This document shows, one piece after another, positions 25,072-45,942 of a DNA stretch of 64,000 bases (its first letter is position 1; each line of letters begins with the position of its first letter). Below the pieces are notes generated by a model. It saw nothing but the letters and a program-made list of their open reading frames with translations. It ran no database searches and had not been told where the DNA came from. The DNA comes from Guillardia theta CCMP2712 (taxonomy: Eukaryota > Protista > Cryptophyta): the NCBI RefSeq assembly GCF_000315625.1, contig NW_005434604.1, forward strand, positions 310,001 through 374,000, written 5' to 3'. The translations under genes were made by a program, and so were the position numbers.

Positions 25072-28000
25072 CCGCTCCTCCCTTGTCCTCTTTTTCCGCT
25101 CCTTCTTGGCTTGTGCCGCCTGGTTTTCCTGTTTGAAGCGTTGCTTGCAATGGCTGCATCCGCGCTACGCACACCATCTGTCAAGTCTCATCACAGGCAC
25201 AAAGAAGCACCTCATTGTAATTCTCCCATCCTTTGGACCTGCCGCACTGAACGCCGAAGTCAATCATCACATTCAGCGACAGGTCTATCTCTCTCGATCT
25301 GCTCAACTTACATTCTGCCATGGTTGTTTTCACCAGCAATGTACAACAACACAAAATTAGGAGGGCTTCAAAGAAAGTACAACGGCAATTCTTACACAGC
25401 ACTGACGATGTGAGTCACAGCCATACGAAAAAGGAGGAAAAAGGAATGTTAGTCCCCACAACCTCTGTGCCGCATCAATTGCATTCGGTACTCACACACT
25501 ATCCCAAACCATTCAAGCAGAAACATAAGGATTTGCACAATGAAATGTCAGCCAATCGTCCTCTTAGCGTGCATATTCGTCACTTACATCCTTTCCAGCC
25601 CCATCGAGAGTACAATCCGAGCAACAAACGATGAAATATGCCAAATGCATGTCAGCCAATCGTTCCCTGAGCGCAGCATTCACAATCGTCACTTACATCC
25701 TATCCAGTCCCATCGACAGTCCATCCGGGCATTAACCGTACAAAATCACAATACCATGTCAGTCCAATCGTTTCCTGACCGCATCTTTCAAGATTGTTAC
25801 TTACCATCTATCCAGTCCCATTCACATCCCAGCCGATGCCAAAACGAAAAAACGCAAAACCATATGTCAGTCCCTCTCGTCACCTGAGCGCATCTTTCAT
25901 CATCGTTACTTACATACTATCCAGCCCCATCAACAGTCCATCCGAGCAATCACCGATAAATACGCAAACCAAATGTCAGCAAATCGTTCTCTGAGTGCAT
26001 CATTGCATGTGTTACTTACTTTCTATGGAGACGGATTCCATCCATCCAAGCCATGAAAATATAGGATTTGTAAAACAAATGTCACCCAAATCGTTCACTG
26101 CCCGCATCATTTCATATGATACTTACTCGCTATCAGGCCCAAGTTCCATCCATCCGAGCAAGAAAAAAAATGAAATTGTCAGTCTAATCGTTCCCTGAGC
26201 GCATCTTTCATAATCGTTACTCACGTACTATCCAGCCCCATCAACAGTCCACCCGGGCAAAAAGAATTGCAAGGTTTATGTCAGCCAATCGTTCCCTGGG
26301 CGCATCAGGAAAGTGATACCGGCTATCCAGACCCATCAACAGTCCATCGATAAAAACCCGAATAAAACACAAATGCATGTCAGCCAATCGTTCCCCGACT
26401 CCGTCATAGCATATGATACTTACTCCCTATCAGGCCCACATTTCATCCATCCAAGGAGAAAGAATAGAGTTTGCAAGTACATGTCAGCCAATCGTTCCTT
26501 GAGCGCATCAGTCATCATCCTCGTCACTTACATTCTATACCGCCACATTCCATCCATCCGGGCAACAAGCGATGAGAATTGCAGAACACACGTCAGCCAA
26601 CTGTTCCCTGAGTGCATCAGTCAAACTCGTTACTTACTGGCTATCTCGCCCCACGAGCAGTCCGTCAGGTGAAAACAACGACAAAAACACAAAACCATAT
26701 GAGCCAATCGTTCCCTGACCGCATTATTGCATGTGATACTTACTCCCTATGCAGACCAATCCCGTCCATCCAAGCAAGGGAAAAATGAGAATTGCAAGGT
26801 TTATGTCAGCCAATCGTTCCCTGACCGCATCATAGCATATGATACATACTCGCTATCAGCCCAAGTTTCATCCATCCAGCAGAAACAACAGTCATTACAA
26901 AGTGCAAGTCAGTCAAATTATTTCTTTCTTAAGGGAATGATGGGCTTCACCGGGCAAACCTTCTTATCGCCCCTGTGATCTTCCTCCGTTTCTGCACACC
27001 ACTTGCAGGTGCCATTGTCATCCCGAACGAAGGTCTAGATAATTTATCAAAGTCCAATCGTTCCCTGAGCAAAAGGCTGCTTACATAGCAGGACTTGGAA
27101 GATCCATGATGATCCTTTTCAAGCATGGAGCAGATCTTGCACTTTCCTTCGGCTCCAGCTTGGAAACTTGCCTGTTGTAGAATTACAATCCAATCGTTCC
27201 CTGACCGCATCATAGCATATGATACATACTCGCTATCAGCCCAAGTTTCATCCATCCAGCAGAAACAACAGTCATTACAAAGTGCAAGTCAGTCAAATTA
27301 TTTCTTTCTTAAGGGAATGATGGGCTTCACCGGGCAAACCTTCTTATCGCCCCTGTGATCTTCCTCCGTTTCTGCACACCACTTGCAGGTGCCATTGTCA
27401 TCCCGAACGAAGGTCTAGATAATTTATCAAAGTCCAATCGTTCCCTGCCCGCATCATTTCATATGATACTTACTCGCTATCAGGCCCAAGTTCCATCCAT
27501 CCGAGCAAGAAAAAAAATGAAATTGTCAGTCTAATCGTTCCCTGAGCGCATCTTTCATAATCGTTACTCACGTACTATCCAGCCCCATCAACAGTCCACC
27601 CGGGCAAAAAGAATTGCAAGGCATATGTCAGCCAATCGTTCCCTGGGCGCATCATTCATAATCGTTACTTACATACTATCCAGTAACGTTCCGTACATCC
27701 GAGAAACAAGCGAGAAAAAGGCAAAACCAAATGTCAGCCATTCGAGCACATCATTCATAATCGTTCCTTACCGACTATCCCGCCACATTCCATCCATCCG
27801 GGCAACAAGCGATGAGGATCGCAAAATGCATGTCAGCCAATCGTTTTCATGCACTGATTCTCACCGCCTTTCAAGAAAGAACAATTACAAATCATCGTGA
27901 AACAAAACAAACAGTCAGGTACTTCAGGGTACAACAAAACAAGAAGTCGGCAAACTTACGCACTTCGTCTTGTCAGAGGTGCCCAGATCGACGATTATCT

Positions 28001-28084
28001 GAAACATCTCACGTCACAAGTTCTGAAGCAAGCATTGTGTCACAGCTTCTCCCTTGCCTGGCAGTTCGGACAGTTCCACTGCAT
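25072..28084 (-). CDS. micro-exon gene encoding a Cys/His zinc-finger protein (about 29 exons; 3' end unresolved)
   Basis: Exons 28058-28084 MQWNCPNCQ (GC donor); 27960-27998 IIVDLGTSDKTKC; 3-nt exons A,S,Y,Y,R; 27331-27414 TFVRDDNGTCKWCAETEEDHRGDKKVCP; R; 27085-27171 ASFQAGAEGKCKICSMLEKDHHGSSKSCY; 26951-27034 (copy of 27331-27414); R,G,P,N,G,P,Y,R,K,Y,M,D,D,C; CC; N; 25211-25246 CGRSKGWENYNE; 25072-25164 RGCSHCKQRFKQ...; all phase 0, no stops. Confidence 0.75.
25490..27870. repeat. degenerate ~100-108 bp tandem repeat, about 20 units (each an intron plus micro-exon)
   Basis: recurring ATGTCAGCCAATCGTTCCCTGAGCGCATC...ACTTAC-NNN-CTAT...CCATCC; exact duplications 26810-27067=27190-27447 and 26098-26274=27445-27621. 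Confidence 0.95.
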
Positions 28085-28109
28085 GGTCGCGGCAACCAGC
28101 AGAATGTGG

Positions 28110-28960
28110 GGTGCTAGTAGTGTGTAGGGGCGGTGGCGGAACCCCCCCTTTGACCGTAACTACCCCTGATCACCGTGATGTTTCTTAGCTCACAGAGGAT
28201 ATCGAGTCTTTTTTATTAGGGGGGTTTCCCGTCGCAGTTTCCTACTTTCTGACTTTATTCAAAGTAATTTGAAATTCCTGAGACGTCTTGCGGCGAGGCC
28301 GACTCGGAGACCACAGTCCAGCGCTGCCGTTTCCTTGTTCACCGAGGCGAGCGATCCCGGGCGTCGCTGGCCGGGCCAGATTCTACTATGATCAGTTTAC
28401 CCCAAGTTCCACCACTGGCACTGACTCTCAGTACACCTGCGATCCTCAGCACACCGAGCTTCAACGGTAGTTCTCAACGCTGTACAGCTTTACAACCTGC
28501 TGAGTTCCAACACTTCCACTGATGATGAAAGAAACCGTCTTTCGGGGGCCCCGCCCCGACTTTCCGGAGTCCGAAGTTCCCTAAGCGGCCCGGGCCCTCT
28601 CACTGTTCCCTGCCTCATTGGCCTCCAGGCCCTCGTCGATCCCCCGGTAGTAAGTACCCACCTAGTAATCGGACGCCGTTGAACATCCGAATTCTCGGTC
28701 CGACATCTTCGAGGCTCAGTGAGAAGTTAGTTCACCGGTAAGACACATTACTCTGAACTTTTCACCGACTCCAAGAACTTATCCGGGTTCTTACTTTTGT
28801 GTGAGTCGGCGTGAAACGGCCCGCAGTTCGCCGGCCGGCCCGGCGGGCCGTACCGCGCGCGGCGGGCCCGGGTGTCAGAGACGGCCGGGCCCGGGGATCG
28901 GACCGTCCGGGAGTCTGTAGGTGAGGCTTCCGGGCCCGGCCCGGTTAAGTTGAAATCGGT
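28110..28960. other. GC-rich intergenic island D with G/C-run flank
   Basis: CCGG, GGCC, GAGTC/GACTC and AAGTT clusters; lies between the micro-exon gene and the formin. Confidence 0.55.
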
Positions 28961-28999
28961 CCTTTGCTGCGACTTGTCCACCTACTCCATGTCGGGATA

Positions 29000-39210
<10,211 letters not shown>

Positions 39211-39399
39211 CGATCTGCTCTGGTCTGGTCTGAAATTTCTGATGCAGCAGCGAGGAGCGAGGAGAAGAGAAATTAGTTGTGTGATAGGGAGCATGTGAAC
39301 TAGTTGGAAGACAGGGCAAGACAAGACTCGAGGATCAAAGGAGGAGCCAATGGGAGAAACTTTTCTACAGTCTGTGCAGTCTCATTCTCTCTCTATTTC

Positions 39400-40032
39400 T
39401 CATCCTAATAGTAGTTTAAAGATTATCGTCACTGTGTTGAGTGCAATGAGAGGCCCTGAGTGGACAATCAGTCAAAGGAGGAAGGAGGGCGCGGGAATGA
39501 GGACAAGGACGAGGGAAATGCGTATGGACGTTGCTGGGGATGGGTAGCCGAGGTTTCAAAGAATGAAGAGGAAGGAAGCAGAGGAGGAGGGAGGAGGAGG
39601 AGGAAGGAAGGTAGTAGAGGAGGAGGAGGAAGAAAATAGAGGAGGAGGAAGGAAGTAGAGGAGGAGGAAGAGTGAGAGTGAGGGGTTACATGTCATAACA
39701 AGTCGGACTGCCTTCACCATTGACAAGATCTTTGACTTCAAACTTGAAGGGTTGAAGTTCACTTCCGGTGAGTTCGTGCTCCATCCGTCTGCCCATAATA
39801 ATCATCTTCGTTGTCCTCCTCCTCCTCCTTTTCCTCTTCCTCTTCCTCTTCCTCCTCCTCATCATCATCGTTCTCATCGCCGTCGGTATCATCGATTTCG
39901 CTATTCATGGCATCGTTATCTGCCCTCATCTCTCCACTCACATTTGGCGAGGAAGCGATCTTCGTTCAACACCGCGATGGCATTCAGGAAGAGGAGGGAG
40001 GACAAGTAAAGATCTCCCAGAGAAAGCCCCAT
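39400..40032 (-). CDS. YOS1: Yos1/IER3IP1 ER-Golgi membrane protein, 3 exons
   Basis: Spliced MGLSLGDLYLSSLLFLNAIAVLNEDRFLAKYGW...SLKSKILSMVKAVRLVMT.PLIALNTVTIIFKLLLG* carries the Yos1 family motifs NAIAVL.E.RFL and PLI..N; not recovered as an ORF in the track. Confidence 0.92.
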
Positions 40033-40361
40033 CCTGAGAGAAAGTCACTTCATCCTCCCATTTCTCTCTTCCACGTCCTCCCTCATCTGCTTCCCAGGCA
40101 CAGAGATGCATCATATTTCATATCGGCCGATCACACGATATTCGACTTCTCCTGCTTTCGTGTGTTGTCCTGATAATCTTTATCCTTTCGTTCATGTATG
40201 CCTTCTATTTCTCGTTTCTATTTTCATTTCTCTTCGCTGATTTTCTTTTGTGTACACAAACTCCTTTGCATCTGGCGCAATCTCCTCTTCGCTTCACTTC
40301 TACTCTCTATTCTTCTCTTCTCCCTCGCGCTTCCCCATCGCCATTGCTCTTCCTCCTGCTG

Positions 40362-40411
<50 letters not shown>

Positions 40412-40659
40412 CCTGCTGCTGCTCCTGATCCTCCTCCTCTCATGCTGCTTCTTCTTCCCCCTCCTCTCATGCTGCTTCTTCACCCTCCTCCTCTCATGCT
40501 CCTCCTCCTCCTCCTCCTCTCATGCTGCATCTTCTTCCTCCTCCTCTCATGCTGCTCCTTCCTCCTCCTCCTCTGAATCCACTTCCCACCACATCGCCAT
40601 TCATTTCTTGAGCATTGCGTCAACCGCATCCACATCCCCACTCGTACTCTTCCAGTCCA

Positions 40660-40830
40660 GTGAGTGACGGGCCGGATTCCGGGGCCGGTCCAATCGGCCC
40701 GGACCGTACCGTGCGGCCCGTCACCACTGCCAGGCTGAATGCACCCTACGGTACTGCAACCCTTCGGTACCGTGGTACTGCCTCAAGCCACGACTGCCTC
40801 ACCACGGCGAGACGTTGCCGCTGGGGCCGA
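40660..40830. other. GC-rich intergenic island E
   Basis: CCGG, ACCGTACCGT, TACGGTAC, GTGAC/GTCAC. Confidence 0.5.
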
Positions 40831-40872
40831 GCAGCAAAAAATTCACCGTTGGCATCTTTTCCCTTGTGACTT

Positions 40873-42470
40873 TTATTTCCAGAGCAAGTCGAACATCTCA
40901 AGTTTCATATCCGACAGCTCCTCAAGAGTTCAGCACCTTGAAGGGACTTCGTTGAACGAAGCTCGTGGCATCGAATCCAGTCGGTAAAACTTCGCAATGC
41001 TGGTTGTTGTCGAGCGAGACGACGGGAGTGCTTGCCTTGTCAATGGCGAGAGGACCTGAGACGTTGCCTTGCCTGCCAGGAACACTTTCAGCAGCCCCTT
41101 CCTCCTCCCCGCTCCTCAGTCTCCTCTCCCTCAGCCGAGCTCCCCGTAACGCATCCCCTGCTCCCCCCCCCTCCCCCCTTTCATTTCTCCTCTGCTGTCA
41201 GGGCCACTTACAAGTCGTTGTCAGTGACTTCTGCTGAGGCACCTGAGTAGATCCGAACGCCTCCCCAGCTACGGAAACAGGTGAGAAGGAGAGGAGAGGG
41301 CGAGGAGGGGAAAGGGGAGGAGGGATAACCAAAGAGGATGAGGACGTAGACGAGGAGGTCGGAAGGGCGAAGGAGGGGATCGGGGGTATGGAGGTAGGAG
41401 AAGCAAGCCCGGGCCTCACCCATTCCTCTGCATGTAGTTTCGCTTGATGATCGCATAAGTCCCCGGCTCATGGACGGTGATCCCGCTGTCCTGGTTGCTG
41501 TGGATGTAGTTTTCTTCCATCCTCAGGTGCGCCTGCAGCAAGATTGACGGAGAGGACGAGGACGCAGACGAGGAGGTCGGTGGGGAGATGGAGCATGGAG
41601 GGAAGCGAAGAAGGAGGAGGTCAAGGGTGAACGAAAGAGGACAAGAAGATGGGGGCTGCATGGAAGAGGAGTCAGGAGGGGTCAAAAGAAGCAGGAGGAG
41701 CAGGTCACGGGGATAACCTTGGCGTACACATAAACCCCATCTGAGCAGTTCTGGATGACGTTTCCTCTCAGTGACACAAACGTCCCGCTATCACTCGCCG
41801 ACACTCCTCGTCCTCTGTTGTTCAGGATCTCACACTCGGTCATTTCCAGTCGCGCTCCTCCGTACACGTTGACTCCCGTCCCCTTGTTATCATGGATTTG
41901 ACACCCCCGCACTATCGCATGTGCTCTGTTGTTGATGCAAAGTCCCCACGCTCCTCCCAGCATCTCACAGGCCTCGATCTCGAGGACTCCGTTCTCAACA
42001 ACAAGACAATGAAAGAAGTTGGACTTGTCCTCGACTTTCAGTGATAGATTTGCTATCTTCCCTTGTTTCCCGCTGAATGTGATGGTTGTGGCATTGTCAG
42101 ATATGATACAACAATCCTTAGGATCGCATCTGTGTCCTGATATTGTGATGTTCTTGGACAAGTTGATCGACTCTTTGTATTCACCTGGCCAACTGTTAGG
42201 AGATTGTGTGGATGTTCAGGTACAAGATCCATTTTTTTCCAATCTCACCTGGGGAGACGAGAATTGTGTCTCCTTCCTCCGCCATCTCCACTGCAATTGA
42301 TATAGAAGGAAAATCTTCTGGAACTGTCAAGGCATCAATTTCATCAGAGCTCCAAGCAGTATTCTCAAAATTCCCTCGTGACGTCTCACATGCTTAACAT
42401 CTTTTCTATCTCAGTACCATTCGCTTTTTAGCATCTAAATCTATCGTCCATCGTGAACAAATCTCTGACT
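40873..42470 (-). CDS. right-handed parallel beta-helix (PbH1) repeat protein
   Basis: repeats IVRGCQIHDNKGTGVNV, MTECEILNNRGRGVSA, LRGNVIQNCSDGVYV, MEENYIHSNQDSGITV; ends approximate. Confidence 0.75.
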
Positions 42471-42609
42471 GCATTGCTATCTTTGTCGTGAACAAGATTG
42501 AACTTCTTACTTCTCATCTCTTGTCTCTCTGTCTCTCTCCATCCTCTTCGCGCGCCTGCTCACCTTGGATCGTCGCTGGAATGTTCACTGCCATTGTGAA
42601 AACGGTAAT

Positions 42610-42945
42610 GCACCCGATGTGGGTAGGGTAGTCCATAATACCCACCTGTGATTTTGTAACATATGAAGCGTTATTAATAGGGGTGCAAGCAAATACTCTT
42701 ACCCCTACCCCTTGGGATGTGGGTTCAATTTTGAACTTGCGTGTAAAAGCGTGGCCCTGCTGCCGCGCCGCCTCGGAGTCAGCCTAACAGTGCCCGGCGC
42801 CGGGCCGGCGGGCCGGCCGGTCCGGACTCCGAGTCCGCCGCCGGGACCCGCCGCAGTACAGTGCCATCATAGTACTACTAGATAGTCGGACCGTCCGGAG
42901 TGCAGGCAGCCCAGGCTCAGTTTCACTAGATGTACCGTACGGTCT
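42610..42945. other. GC-rich intergenic island F with GGGTAG/TACCC flank
   Basis: GGACTCCGAGTCC, CCGG clusters, GTACCGTACGG; flank 42610-42730. Confidence 0.55.
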
Positions 42946-42971
42946 GTATTTATTCAAACTATTCTGTCAGA

Positions 42972-44966
42972 TCAAACTTCCTTTTTGGACAAGACCATCT
43001 CCGTGGTTAAAGATTTTGAGTTCGCAGCAATTCGCTCCTTCTCTTTTTCAATCTTGTTCTTGCGAAGTTTGTGAACGATGACAGCTGCAAGGACGAAGAA
43101 CAGCACTCCTCCGACGATGGAAGCTCCGACGATGAAGAAGAGCATCCTGTTTTGTTTGTCGATCTTGGGGAATTCGTATCTTGGTGATTTCAGTTGCATC
43201 GTCATGAACTTGTGGACCGCCGCTTCCCCTGTTGCTTTTCTGCGGGAGATTACATTGATAGCATACACGTTGTTGTTACTTTGATTCAAACCGTTGATCC
43301 CGAACTGTATTGCTCCACTGCTCAGCACCGTCAGAGCTGGTCGGGTCGTTCCATTGGAGTCTACGATGATGTCCTCTACCGCAATCCAGATCATGTCTCT
43401 GTCTCCTAAGTACGTGCTGGAGTTGGTGGAGATCTTGATTTGGCTCGCCAGGTACAAGGCCCACTCGTCCAGGCTCACAAGGTTGAACACTGTGGATTCC
43501 GGAGTGATCTTAAGGGGAGCGAACTCTCGTGGAACTTTGAGGTTCTTCGCGATCCGGCGCTTCCGGGCAGTTTCTGCAGTGTATTCTCCATTTTCATTCA
43601 CTTTGCCTGCCTGCATTTCAAGGCCGCACTGCGTCCAGATCGTGTAGTAGGAGGCATTCTTCACGTGCGCATCCCAGGTGACATTCGTCTGATTCATCGC
43701 CGTCTTGAGCTTTGACACGTTGTAAGTCAGGGAGTCGCAGAAGGTTGTAAACTCTCTCGGGCAGTCCGGATAGCTGTCTGGACACGAAACACAATTTCCC
43801 TTTGATACTTTCTTGCGCAGATTGCCTCCATTGCCGTCTGAACAAGAGTCGTAGGCGCAACTGGTGTAATCGTATTGATTCGATCGGCATGGACCTGACT
43901 GCGCATAACCATCGATGTCACGTACAAGGATAGGGCAAGAAGGATTGATCGCATTCTGAATGGCAGGTGGAGATGCACAACATGATCCAGGATCCACTGA
44001 GTTCGGATCTCTGCCGACTCGATCTGTTATTTCCACTATGAAGACTGCATACTCATACAATTTTGCAACGTCCAGAACGCTCATGGTTCGATTCTCGTAA
44101 TTCACTAGCCAGTAGTCCGAGGATGAGGAAGGAGGTTTCGCAGCAGTTTCTGCCGGTTGAGTTGAGGTGTTGGAAAGATTGCTCGCTGTTGCCGTTTGTG
44201 TTGTCGTCGTTGCTGTAGACAACACCGTTGTGCCATCAGTGGGAGTTGAAGTTACGTTTTGCTTGGTTCCATTCAAACCCGGAGGATACCATTGTACAGT
44301 GACATTCATTGGAACCTGCCTTGCGGTGTTTGCATCCAGCACTTGCCCTCCAGAGATTAGACCAGCAGCCAAGGAAGGCTGCACACGGACAACATTCTTG
44401 TCCCAGTTCTTCATGTTCTTTATAGGATACAGATCTTGTTGGGTCATTATTTCAGCGTCAAAATTGTGAAAGCTGATCTTGAAGGCGGAAAATCCTGAGC
44501 CCAGCGGGTTGTTCACCTCGAAGAAGTAGTTGCGATGGGTTGCATCAATGGCAAGGGACTGCACATCTCCCTGCCACTCCCAGTCTGCCTGCAGCATCTG
44601 TCCGGTGCTTTGTAGCTGAACCTTCATGGCCTCGGAGTAGTACTCCCAAACTTTGCGGTACCCGAGACTGGGGCATCCATAGACAGAAGCTGACAGTCTT
44701 GGGTAGCCGGAGCATGGCTCGAGCCTGGCAAAGATTTTGGGTTTCTCGTAGAAGACGATCTTTCGCAGCGTGGGCACGTCAAGAGTCATGTTATAACACA
44801 CCCATGCTCCCGGGTTGAGCGCGCCGGGAACCGTCAGAAACGTCGTCCCATAGTCTGCCATCAGGTCAATGACCAACCTGTCTGAGAGAGTCTCGTTCTT
44901 TGCTGCGCTTGGTTGCATCGTCCCAACCAATGCGAATGCCAGGATCAGAAATTTGTATGGGCTCAT
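42972..44966 (-). CDS. intronless type I membrane glycoprotein, 664 aa, unknown function
   Basis: signal peptide, Thr/Ser-rich linker, Cys-rich segment, many N-x-S/T sites, TM helix near the C-terminus followed by a basic tail. Confidence 0.85.
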   Translation of the reverse strand: MSPYKFLILAFALVGTMQPSAAKNETLSDRLVIDLMADYGTTFLTVPGALNPGAWVCYNMTLDVPTLRKIVFYEKPKIFARLEPCSGYPRLSASVYGCPSLGYRKVWEYYSEAMKVQLQSTGQMLQADWEWQGDVQSLAIDATHRNYFFEVNNPLGSGFSAFKISFHNFDAEIMTQQDLYPIKNMKNWDKNVVRVQPSLAAGLISGGQVLDANTARQVPMNVTVQWYPPGLNGTKQNVTSTPTDGTTVLSTATTTTQTATASNLSNTSTQPAETAAKPPSSSSDYWLVNYENRTMSVLDVAKLYEYAVFIVEITDRVGRDPNSVDPGSCCASPPAIQNAINPSCPILVRDIDGYAQSGPCRSNQYDYTSCAYDSCSDGNGGNLRKKVSKGNCVSCPDSYPDCPREFTTFCDSLTYNVSKLKTAMNQTNVTWDAHVKNASYYTIWTQCGLEMQAGKVNENGEYTAETARKRRIAKNLKVPREFAPLKITPESTVFNLVSLDEWALYLASQIKISTNSSTYLGDRDMIWIAVEDIIVDSNGTTRPALTVLSSGAIQFGINGLNQSNNNVYAINVISRRKATGEAAVHKFMTMQLKSPRYEFPKIDKQNRMLFFIVGASIVGGVLFFVLAAVIVHKLRKNKIEKEKERIAANSKSLTTEMVLSKKEV

Positions 44967-45942
44967 GACAGGTCAATGGTTGCCTTTCAATGGGTTGGTG
45001 GGAGGAAGAGAATCCTTGTCAGACAGGATCAAGCACAGAGCATGGAGAGGATTCAGGAACAAAGAATGGAAGGATATAGAGATCAACGCCAGGAACGATA
45101 TGTCTGCTTCTGATTCGGAGCGAGGTGATGGTTGATCAAGGAATGAAACAACGTCTGGGGTGTAAGATAGAGGGAGAGGTAGGAAGAGCAGGCTGCGTGA
45201 GGGATGGGATGGAAGCAGATGCTACAAGGACAGAGTTGAGGACGGAAGGCGGAGCGAGAGGGAGGAGGCGAGGGCGGAGTTGAAAAGCAGTTGAGATAAA
45301 GGTGACCGGCATCATGAACTTTTGATGAAATTACCAACCTCACATACCGAAGACATGAACTTCTAAAAAGAGAATTCACGAACTTTTCGCAGTTTACCTC
45401 CTTCCACCCACCCATGAAAGGTGCAAATAAGGGGTACAAGGCTCTGGACTACCCTCTTCCCATCTCAAGCCCCCTTGACTGCTCTATTTCGGGCATCAGT
45501 GATCTCCGGCGGAAATGGAGGAAGGGAAAATGACAGCCATGGCGGGGGGAGAGAGGTAGAGCAGAGGAGCGTCATAGGAGAGAGGGAAGGAACTTAAGAT
45601 CAGAAGTGCAGAGAGGGGAAGAGGCTCGAAGAAAACAGGACAGCAAGTGATGCGATAGTGAGAGTGCAACTCTGCAGCACCAAGACAAGGGGCAGCAATG
45701 GTACTGATCAGGAGTGAGAAAAGCACCGAAAGAATGGGAGGGCAGGGGGGGGTTGAGTACAGAGCTTGAAGTTAAACCATGTTCCTAGTGGCCTCATATC
45801 AAGAAGAGCAGACGAACGATAGATCAAATGAGAAAGACAAATTGGTAGGAAGGAAGTAGTACTGGAATCATTGATATATCCTCAAAGATATACTGAAAGT
45901 TTTCATTGGCTGCTTCTTTCTGACTCCAAGTCTTTATGTAGA

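Noticed and set aside
25490-27870. CRISPR-like array (conserved ~29-bp block plus variable spacers)
   Set aside because: The spacers are homologous to each other, the repeats are degenerate, there are no cas genes and the context is eukaryotic; splice signals explain the conservation.
25490-27870. PPR-type 35-aa repeat CDS, plain satellite or spliced-leader RNA array
   Set aside because: Unit lengths vary by non-multiples of 3 with stops in all frames. A plain satellite would not keep AG-NNN-GT spacing and AG-free zones. An SL array would need a constant exon before GT, not an acceptor 3 nt upstream.
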